Origin: Atractiella rhizophila
Taxonomy: Eukaryota
Assembly: GCA_021432655.1 (NCBI GenBank)
Contig: MU271401.1
Span: forward strand, 1-64,000
Length of the DNA: 64,000 nucleotides
Reading direction: 5' to 3'
Position numbers and translations under genes: made by a program. Positions 50,691 through 61,090 of the stretch are shown here, one piece after another. The notes beneath the pieces were generated by a model. That model made no database searches. It saw only the letters and a program-made list of their open reading frames with translations, and had not been told where the DNA came from. Every line of letters starts with the position of its first letter. Positions within the stretch are counted from its first letter, which is position 1.

Positions 50691-51135
50691 GGAACGGGGG
50701 AGTTGTTATTGGCTTTGAGATCGAGCATGGCGGTTACGACTGTAGGATGCTTTGTAATGTTGCTCAGACACATGAGCATCAGGTCCGACAGTACATTGTC
50801 CCTCCCATGTAAACGGGTCAGGAGGAAGACGAGGAAGTCTGCGTCTCCCGTCTGTTTTTGGACGTCTTGAGACTCGGATGAGAGGTTGATGAGCGCTGAT
50901 ATAGCGCTGATAGTGCGTCATGGGCTATAAGCTGGATGCGGTCAGCGGTAAGGTTAGGCGGGTGATGGATACAGACTGGATTGCTGTCTTGTACGAGGGC
51001 TTTGAGTGCGTTGACTGACGACGGAGAATGCAAAGGAGAGGATGGTAGGGTCGAGTAGGATTTGGCGATCTTGACTGCTTCGAGACGGACATTTGGATTG
51101 CCAGAGGACAGGAATTCGACTACTTCCTCCATCAT
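50691..51135 (-). pseudogene. 5' fragment of HGH1, truncated and frameshifted
   Basis: Copy of 48877-49310 with a 10-nt AGCGCTGAT duplication near 50892-50911. Confidence 0.88.
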
Positions 51136-51202
51136 GAACGTGTATAATTCACGTCTCAGCCGCGCTTTCTATACACTTCCCAGAAAAAAACAACGCGATG
51201 AT

Positions 51203-52822
51203 TAGGGATGGCAATCGGATCGCACCGTCCCAGACGTACGTGTCCGATACGTGTACCGTACCCGTCCGTCCTGCTTGACTGTTCTTCAGGACGATACGAT
51301 ACGATACGGCATCCTCCACGTCCCGTCCGCGAAAAAATTAAAGTGTCCCAATCAATTCATAAGGTTTCGGGCGGTCGGAAAGCGGCTCCCATCATGTGAC
51401 CAACAATATGGTTGGGTTTCTCACCAAAACAACCACATCAGCCACATCCCTCCCCCTTCGTCCTCCCTCCATGCTCGCATTCCTCCCGAAAATCGAAATC
51501 AGCACTCCGCATAACGCGGGCGGATGGTGGGATAAGTAGGTAAGTGACATCGTCATGGGTAAACAGAAGGGGGAAGGATATGGTAAAAAGCAGGGAGGGG
51601 TCACAGCTGGCGCTGAGAGCAGAGCACGAAGAGGGGTGCATAGAGTTTGTACCTCGCGTGATAACTGGTACGAAGGGCTCGGAAGGAACAAACGCCCTCA
51701 AATCGCCTTTTCACAGCCATAAGAGCTCTGGAGGATGCCTGGGGTTGAAGTCACATCTGTGTTCTAGTTCTTTACTGCCTAGCCTTTCTTCTTGATATGG
51801 GTGTTATGTAGTGACATGCAATACTATTACATGTCGTGCTGTCCCTCCTTTGCAAAACGAGCGAAAAATTGACCAGAAAGCTGCGACAAGAAAGGGAGAC
51901 CAGGCGAGGAAGTGGACTTTGAGGAGACAACGCGAGATCATTTTATGTGGAAAGAAGGCCGGCGGTCGGAAAAAGAATTGATTGGGACACTTTAATTCTT
52001 TCGTCCCGTCCGTTTTCATCCAGAAAATCCGTCGTATTACGGTTACGGTGGCGGAAGGCATTTTGCAGCTGGAGCAATGGGTTACAAAGGAGGACAGTGG
52101 AGGCGATGATCCGTGCTTCCTTTTCAGCGTTCTTAGATTCTTCAACAAAACTGACACATTGAGGCTGCAGCTTATGAAACAAGACGAGCGCTCGCACCGA
52201 TAACACATCCTTCCTCTCCTCAAACATATAAACGTCTTCGACTCTCTCCATTCTCGATTATCTCGCTTCTATCGGTCATGGTCCAAAGGCGGGAGCGGAT
52301 GAAAATAGAGTAATGAAGGAAATTAACCATCTCTTCAAGCATGTAACGTTGTAACCCTGGCTTGGGAGCTGATCCACTTTCCTTTTGAAGTAAGAGTCAA
52401 AGCACAACGTGCACAACTTGTCTTTTCTGGCTCGAGATATTCTGGTTATTTCAGAACATGTCTCCCCAAAGTGTTCTCACTTGTTTTCAGGTTTTTCAGT
52501 GCTATATGTTGTGCTGTGGGAGTCAAGCACATCTTCTCTGGTGGTCATGATACCATAGGTATTTGCTGTCATTGTCCAGATACTGAGATACACGACCTTA
52601 TCATGCTCAGGATCACATTGCGCGCTTCCTTCGGAAATCTCAGCTTACAGAGTTTGCAAATAGAGCTGATGACATTGGAGGATGACGTTGCAGAGCTGGT
52701 CAGTGTTGAAACTGAGGTTCATCAGAGTGACAGGACGAAGAAAAGATCAGCATTGCATGAACGTTGGTGAGGAGTCACCTACCTGAGGTTCATCAGAGTG
52801 ACAGGACGAAGAAAAGATGAAA
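51203..52822 (+). mobile_element. Degenerate hAT DNA transposon, left end only
   Basis: Starts TAGGGATGGCAAT (hAT-type TIR); flanked by 8-bp GCGATGAT/GCGACGAT where the empty site (49370-49377) has one GCGACGAT; subterminal CCGTCC and GATAC repeats; 'SAICCAVGVKHIFSGGHDTIG' (within ORF 52471-52770) resembles the hAT C-terminal dimerisation motif. Confidence 0.8.
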
Positions 52823-54138
52823 GCGACGATCGAAATCCTTTATCTCAAGCAGGCAAAGACTCGACTCAACCTTATCTGTCCAGTCATGGATTCATTGCTG
52901 GCTTTTGTCCTGAGCTAAGAGTCGATCATTCATTTCTCTCGTTACAACAGATTGGTTGATGTGCTTATAGTGAACTTGAAGCTTAGGTGAATGTCACTGG
53001 GGTGTTGCTCCCAGCTGAAATCCAGGACGAATAATACTACGTTCTTGTGTTCTTATGCATTTGCAAAACAATTTGGTTCGTCGATTCTACGCTATTCTAT
53101 TCATCTCACCATATCATCGCAAAAGAGATGATTGTCTAATTCCCACCTTTCCATGCCATACTTCCGAGATGCCTGCAACATATTTCCAGCGACAATCCTC
53201 TCGACCCCCATCCGGTCCAACACCTCGCATTCGCTTGAAACTGGGGAGCTGACGCCTTTAGCTCAAGGATTACCGGCCTGTCGAGTGCGAAACATCCGCG
53301 GTATTTTAGGACTTTATTGGAGTGGATATGATCGCTGAAGAGGGACAGCCGCACCCCTCCCTGGGCTTATGATCCAGTCGTCAAGATCTACGCAGAGGTA
53401 GGGGAAAGGAAGAGAGAGCGTGAGCCATGGTGGGGAACAAGTCTTCGTTGTGGGGTCGATGTAGGAGAGTGAGAACCTATGTGAGTGAGCGTGAGGACAG
53501 CAAAGCTCAGAGAGAGGATGTCTCCTGGTTCTTGGAGAGGAAGCAGTTGCTGGCGAGGTGGATTTCGGTCAAGGAGTGGCGAAAAGAGACTTCGAATGGG
53601 TGCTTGAAGGTATGGCAATCTATTAGGGTCCCGCTCATCCTGAAAAGGCTCAAATGTGTCCACATGTAGGTAGGAAGCGTCGAAGAGGCGTGATGAGTTC
53701 GAGTCCACATATTAATAGCTCCCGAAGTTTGAGGAGCAAAGGGAGCTGCTCTATATCTCCCCAATTGTTCATTGTCCTTGAATTTGCTAACAGGAATGGC
53801 CGTTCTCTTCGGAAAGAAGAAGCAGAACAGCTACAGTGATCACGTGATTCACCGCCAACCAAACAGCTTGCTCTATCCGCCGCACACTCTCTTTAGACTC
53901 TTCTCAACCACGTTATAACGCAACAATAGAGGTTGGTCAACTTGTGCATCTGCACCTCTCATCATTGTAAACACGGCTGGCATCATCTCATCCCCAACAA
54001 CTGCTCAGATTCGAACGTAAATTCAGTGCAAATGGCCACATCAACTCTACGTGCTCAAACGCCAGCAGTTTTATATCACCATTTCCGTCGTCCCATGCCA
54101 TATTCCATCATGCAAAACCTGCAATCGTCTCTCGTCGC
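52823..54138. repeat. Distal part of copy 2 of the tandem duplication
   Basis: Direct repeat of 49370-50689; continues into the intact LIP2. Confidence 0.95.
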
Positions 54139-54985
54139 CCTTCGCCAAAACCACAAGTCACTGCTCTCCCAACCCATCACGGAGACGTCCAAGTCCAAGT
54201 CCAAATCTCTTCGAATAGCGCAGTCGGACGTCCTGCTCTTATTAGAGCATCAGCCCGTGTACACGCTCGGGAAAAGGAGGACGGAGATGAGCGATGAGGA
54301 GGTGGAGAGGCTGCGACGCCTGGGTGCTGAGATTGTGAAAACTGAGCGTGGTGGATTGATCACGTTTCATGGACCGGGACAGCTTGTTGGATACCCCATC
54401 TTGGACTTGAACGGACGGAACGAGGGCATGCCCAGCCTGTGGGAGGGAAATCGTTACGCTGGAGTGAATGGAGAGGTGCTGTTTTGCCTTCGAGAGGTCG
54501 TTGTTATGAAGAGCTGACTGAAGAGAGGTATGGAATGTCAGTTGCCCACACGAACATATGTCCACCTCATCTCAACATTCCTCTACGACCTCCTCCGTTC
54601 GCTACCCACCCCGGTACACACCATTCCTCCGAGCACAGAGGACAACGTCGGCCTGTTCGTCACTCCGACGAGCAAGATAGCATCGATAGGCATCCAGCTC
54701 CAACGCCGCATCACCTCCCACGGTTTTGCCCTCAACGTGTCCTCCGACGTCGAGCCCTGGTTCCGAAACATCGTCGCCTGCGGCCTTGAGGGCGTGAGCG
54801 CCACGTCCATCAGTCGCGAGGCGGGACGAGAAGTGCGGGTTGAAGATATAGTCCCCACGGCGTTGACGGAGTTTGAGCGCACGTTTGGGAGGAGGATGCT
54901 GCCTCTGGTGGATAACGCGGAGGAGGAGATTGTGGAGCTGGTTAGAGAGACGGAGCAGAGGGCGGATGTAATGACATCCTCTTGA
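54032..54985 (+). CDS. LIP2: Lipoyl(octanoyl) transferase LipB
   Basis: '[14 protein letters not shown]', '[21 protein letters not shown]', 'KIASIGI...TSHGFALNV', 'IVACGL'; at least one intron. Confidence 0.93.
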
Positions 54986-55076
54986 ACATGCTTCTCCCCT
55001 TCTATCTTCGCTGTGCAAGCAGAGTAACACGTGAGCCTCGTGTAAAGAGATAACATGATCTTGGAGATTTTATAAG

Positions 55077-56820
55077 ATGACGACATCCAACATCGCTTCA
55101 GCTCTACAAGAGCTTTCTGATCTTCTACCCGGCGACGCGATCTCCATCTCGCAAAACGTTCTCGCTGAGCACGCCTCCTCCTTCGGTTCCATCCACAAGC
55201 ATTCACTCCCCTCAGCCGTGCTCTTTCCCCGCGACACAGCAGATGTCCAGCGCATCCTCTCCATCGCCATCAAGCATCGCATACCCATCATACCCACCGG
55301 CGGAAGGACTGCTTTGGAGGGCCAATTTCTGCCCCTTCCCCCAAGATCGTCAGAGGAGACCTCTCCATCTCTGACGGGATGTTTATCAGTCTCCATGCTG
55401 AGGATGAACGCCATCCTGGACATCGATGCCCAGTCTGCGACGGTCAGGGTACAGGCGGGAGTCAAGTGGAAGGACCTCAACTCCCACCTTGCGCAAAAGG
55501 GAATTAACCTCTTCTGGCCCGTTGATCCCGGACTCGAAGCTACCTTTGGAGGGATGCTTGCCGTAGGAGGTAATCTCAGTCCTTCACATCATAGTTTTAT
55601 TTTGAAGCAAATTTATTGATTGGGGATGGGGCATAGGATCAGGCACAAACGCTGTGCGTTATGGGACGATGAGGGGAGAGCGAGTCCTCAACCTCGAGGC
55701 AGTGATGCCAGACGCGTCCATCATTCGAACCCGTGGAAACAGTCGGGCGAGGTTCGTCTTACCTCTTAGAAGTCATCATTGCAAGGAATCTCACAAAAGA
55801 ATGCTGCGTCAGGAAGTCCTCGTTGGGATTCGACCTCGGCAAGCTCCTCGTTGGCTCAGAAGGCACGCTCGGCGTCGGTGTCCTCCCTCCTTGACACCCT
55901 GATCATCTTTAAAGAGACATTGCGCAGATAATAACCGAGGCCTCGTTGCGTCTCGAACCTCTCCTCCCGACTCTCGTCGGCATCTCTTCCTTCCCCTCCC
56001 CCGCAGAAGCCATTTCAGCCGTCGTCGCGCTCTCGCAGACCGGATTGCCCTTTCAATGTCTCGAATATCTCGACACCAAGTGCATGGAGGCCATCATCAA
56101 GACCGGGCTGTCCACTGACAGCATATCTTACCTCGAAAAGCCAACGATCTTCATTAAATTTCAAACCACTGCTTTTCCTCTCCCCTCTCGAACATCGTCG
56201 TCGAGCGATGGCGACGGACCGTTCCAAAACGCGATATCCATCGCCTCTGAGATCGTTCTCGCACACAACGGCACGCCTCTGTCGGTGGGGAAGACTGAGG
56301 AAGAGAACGAAGCGATATGGTCAGCGCGGAAGAATATCTTCCATTCCTATCGCGCCATCGTTCCCACGTCATGGGGAAAAGAGTGGAGCATGTACACGAC
56401 CGACTGTTGCGTGCCCATGAGCCGCCTCTCCGCATTCATAGAAGGCATCGAAAATTTGGTCGGAGCGAGTGACTATCTGTACGCAATTATCCCTTGTTCT
56501 CGCCTTCTTCCTTCCCACCGCTGACTGATGCAACCAGATCCTCCACCATTGCCCACGCTGGCGATGGGAATACTCACACTTGCATCTTCTATCGTCCCAC
56601 GCACGACTCCTACGATGCCGTTCGGTCGCTCGCAGAAGCAATCTGTAGGCTCGCCATCTCTCTGGAGGGTACGTGTGCTGGGGAACACGGGGTAGGGTTG
56701 AGCAAGAAGCACTTGATGAGGGAGGAGCTAGGAGAGGAGACTGTGAGGTGGATGAAGATCGTCAAGAGCGCCATCGATCCTTTGGGTATCATGAACCCTG
56801 GCAAGATGTTGCCTGACTGA
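55077..56820 (+). CDS. FAD-linked oxidase, D-lactate dehydrogenase (cytochrome)-like
   Basis: 'PTGGRTALEGQ', 'PVDPG', 'GTNAVRYGTMR', 'GSEGTLG', 'HAGDGNTH', 'GEHGVG', 'DPLGIMNPGK'. Confidence 0.9.
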
Positions 56821-57264
56821 TCCAACTTATGAACTGGGCCAAGGTGGTTGCTTCGTTGTTATTGTTAGACAAGAGGAGGACTGCATTAAGGCGAAGAATT
56901 AGCTACTTGTAAACTAATGCTCCCGTTCGAATCGTCGAATCGGGTGGCATCAAAGATAAATACTGTTAAACCAAGGGAATGTACCAATTAAGCATAAAGG
57001 ACGATAGCATCAAGAGAATGTCGTATGGAAGCGATTCGAATCGAACTCGTTGAACAATAGGACTGCAACCGAACGTGCGAAAGATAGTCGATCATGAACC
57101 AAGACCAAAGTTACTCAAACAACACAATAATTTGACGAACAAAAAACACCAGTTAATCATGCTAGATCTAACGGGGAGACCAACACTCGGAAACGACTGA
57201 AATGCAAAGAGAGGAGGGTCAAGACATAAATACCGTAGACAAATAGGAACATCACATTGGACAC

Positions 57265-60200
57265 TCAATAATTCGCCACGGAGCTGAACACACCTGCTCC
57301 GTACCCTTGACCTTTGAAGCGAGGTCGTTCAAGCACGCTTGGAGAAGAGCTACGACAGCTACCATTACAACCACAGGTAGAACAAGAATCCTAGCAGTTT
57401 GGTCTCATCAACACACTTCACAAAAAGGACAAGCATCACACACCTTCTCTACAGGAAGCTTCAAAGTGCTTGCTGCCTTTTCTTTCTTCAGAGCATCCAA
57501 CTCGGCGCGCAGAGCCCGCACGACGGTCTCGAGTTCGACGATCCGATCTTTGTCCTTATTGCTGTCCTTGCTCCACGAACTAGTGGTTGAGTCCTTCCTA
57601 AAATACGGACTGATGGGTGTAGGAGTCGTGCTAAAACTTTTGTCGCTCGAGATGCTTGATGCACTCGAAGCCGAAAACGAAGAATCAATCGGACTGATCG
57701 GTTTGGGAGAAGGATTAGAGCCCACCAGACCTGTGGGAGTAGTAGAGGAGGATGTGGGTTCAGACTGCTCTGCACCAGCCATGAAATCAAAGTTGGCAGA
57801 GAAAGCCATGGAAATTGGGCGGAGGGAGAGCGCAGGAGCAGTTGCGGCTTCGACTTTGGCAGTTGGGAGAGAGAGAAGAGCTGATGAGCTGACATTGCGT
57901 TGTCGCGGCTTCTCCAAGGAAGTAGTCTGCTGATCTGTGTCCTTGGAGGACGTGGGGAAAGGCAATTGCTCTACGCTTCGTTGCCTCACTGGCGCATGAG
58001 ACGGCGCTTGGAGTTGATCGGACTGGAACGTCTTGTTTGGTAGCCGGGGAGTCGCACTATGTGGAACGGGAGGTATAACTTGCTTTTCGGCGAAAGAAGA
58101 ATAAGGAAAGGTGGCACTGGAATAGGAGTCTTGTCGAGCTGGTGGAGGCACAGGCGAGGGCGGAAGAGACGGGACATCTTTATCTTTCCCTAGTAGCTTC
58201 CCGAGGAAGCCAGATTTTCTGGGTTTTATCGTCTTCGAGGGAGGAAGCGTGACATGATGCATCTAATTTATACGTGTCAGATAGGTGGATTGGAGGTGAA
58301 AAGAGGGACACACCTCTTCTTTGGGAGAAGGCGCTTTGTCCGCCAAATTCCTATCACTCCCATATTTATTCCTCTGTTGCTCCCGAGCTTCACTAAGCGA
58401 GATAAGTTTATATCCGCCATCTCCCTGTCTCGTGTTGTTATCCGTCATAGCACCAATATCAAAGCTCTTGATCCCTCCTAATCCTAGTCCTTCCAATGCC
58501 TCGAGGCTCGGTCCCATAATCTTCTCCCTATCCTTCACATTGAACGCAGCACTGGGTCCAGGAGTAGGAGGCTTGATAGAATCTTTATCTATTCCTCCTG
58601 CTATTCGACGTTTGGAAGTGGAAACCGCGCTCTGAGGACTAGGCGAGACTTCTTTCTCCTTCAACGCGTCGTTCTGCAGATCTTTCGTTCGAAGTGGCGC
58701 TAGCGCAACGTTTTTGAAGGCCGTTATGTTAGCAGGCGCACTCTTGGGGGCACTAGAAAGTCTGGCGTTGGACGGGGTGATAGGCGACGGGGGAGGCTTG
58801 TCGAGGAAACCGTTAGACTTGGAAGAAAAGTTTTCCGCTATCGTATCACCGTTGGGCGAAGGAACGTGGAGCTGAAGTTTGTGGATGTTGCGACTGGAGG
58901 ACAAACTTCGCGGTAAAGAAGGGGGAACAATGGAGGTTCCTGGAGCCACGATCTCGAAAGTCGTCGAGCGGGAAGAGATCGTCGTGGGAAGTCCGTTTCC
59001 CACTCCCGCATCGGGAACAGAATTGTTCCTCCCAAGTCCCGGATGTCCCGGACTAGGCAATGGCGGCACCACTTCATCATCAAGCGGTATGGAGGAGGAA
59101 GACACAACGGTGTTGCTTCTTCGACGGGGAGAAGTAGACTTTGATTTACTGAGGGAAATGTTTGTCAGCGTTGACGCAGAGGACTTGCGTTTCATTCGCG
59201 GAGATCGCCGATCGCTGTCGTCTCCTGATAAACCAGGGATGCTAGAGCTCGAATCGTTCCTGCCTTCATGGAGATACAGAGAAGATCCTTGACGACTCGG
59301 CATTCTTGGAGTAGGACTGCTGAGGAGATCAGCAGAGGTTTTAGATGATATGGAGGCGAATGACTTCGTGGACGCTGATGTGAAAGAACGCTTGTGCTCC
59401 CTCGCTTCATTTGCCCGAGGTTCTCGCACGACAGAAGAAATCGAGCCGGAGGAGGTCGAAGACGTCGACTTTTTTATCTTGCGAACTGCCGTCGCTTCCT
59501 TGGTATCCGAGAAATCCAAGAAAGAGCTGTCCTTATCGAACTCTTGAGGGGGCCGCGGTAGTTTTCTCGTAGGAGCACTCGTCAGCGTATTGGAGGACTG
59601 CACGGAGGTAATCGTGCTGGTAGAGGTTGAAGTGGTCATAGCAGCAGAAGTTGCCAAACCACCAGCACTTGTCGTCGCCGCCTTGAGCTTCCGCTCCCTC
59701 TCCTTCTCAATCAACGCCGCAATCTCAAAGCTCTTCTTGCCATTCTTCGTGCTATCCTTCCGCACCCGCGCTGGCTCGGCCTCAATATCCTCATCGCTAT
59801 TATCCCATGGCGCAGGTGAAACGATTCGCATCCTTGGACCGAGGAAGGACTTTTTCCTGCTCAACGCCTCCTCATCATCTCTGTCCCGCACCCGTAGAAG
59901 CTCTTCGTCTTCCTGAAGCCGCCTGTCGAGGTCGCTGAAGTCCTCTTCCGCAGTGCTAGCAGAAGATTTCGGCCGGGAAGGAATGTGAGGAAACTGGGCG
60001 GCGGTTGGGGTAGTGGACGAGTTTGTGGAGAAAGTTTGCTGGGAGGGCGTAGGAGAAGAGGGAACGAGAGAATTGGAGGTGGGCGAGGTGTCGTTGGCGA
60101 GGGAAAGAGAAAGGAGCACTTCCTGCGACCGTAAAGCTGGAGTTTCCACGCTGAACATAGACCCAACAGTGCTATTCGTAGCGACTCTAGTCCTCGGTTC

Positions 60201-60587
60201 TCTCTCCTTCTCTGTCGCTCGTGGAGTGGTGAACCTTCCAAAACCATGGATGGTATCCTCGCTCTCGTGCTCCGTCTCCCCACTTCCCTCATTGGAACCC
60301 TCACCTTCGACACTATTCGGCCCAATAACCCTGAACTCTGGCCTGTCACTAAAATCACTATCCAAGCTATACCTCTCATTCCCATCAAAAAACACGTCGG
60401 TCTCTGAATCTGGATCGGTGGAAATGATGCTGCTCTCTCGTCTCGCACTCCTCGTAGATTCCGCCAAAGTGGCTGGAGAAAGAGTGGCTAGATTAGGGGA
60501 GGAAATGGGAGTGTAATTCATGTCTGGAGAGTCGAAAGCGACTGGCTGGTTATTTCGGCGGTTGGAGAGCAAGTTCGAAATGTCCAT
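57265..60587 (-). CDS. Hypothetical Ser-rich protein with C-terminal coiled coil and small Cys motif
   Basis: 774-aa and 284-aa ORFs joinable by short introns; last exon 'CSTCGCNGSC...SVLERPRFKG'. No family recognised. Confidence 0.65.
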
Positions 60588-61090
60588 CCTTGGTTCCTTC
60601 AGCCAAGTTCGAGCAGTAAAGAAGGGAGTCGCCCGTATAAATAAGTTCTATGAATTAGAGCGCCTGCCTGCCTCGTTGAGGCTTCTGCAGGCTTCTACTG
60701 GGGAAGTCGGTGGTCCTCAAGTTCTAAGCGCTAGAAACAGTCCCATGAGCTAATCTTGGCCCACATCGAGCCTTCCCTTTCGGATCGAACTCTAACAATA
60801 ACAAGCGTTGGCACGTCACCTGACCATCCTCACTCCGCTGCCCAAAGTCCAATATCTCATTTATACATCAATTGAATGGTAGAGAAGGTATAGAATGAAC
60901 ATCTAGAAGACTTATAAATGAAAGGAGAAGTCGAAAGTTCAAGTTCGAGCTCGCTAAGCTCTCCTCACGAAACCAGTCCCCCAAAACCTGAAAGAAGAAC
61001 TGAAAGATCCTTTAAAACAGTTTTTACGTTACCCACTTCCACACTGACTTCGTGATAAAAGTCCGTCCTCCTTGAACCACTAATGAAAAA

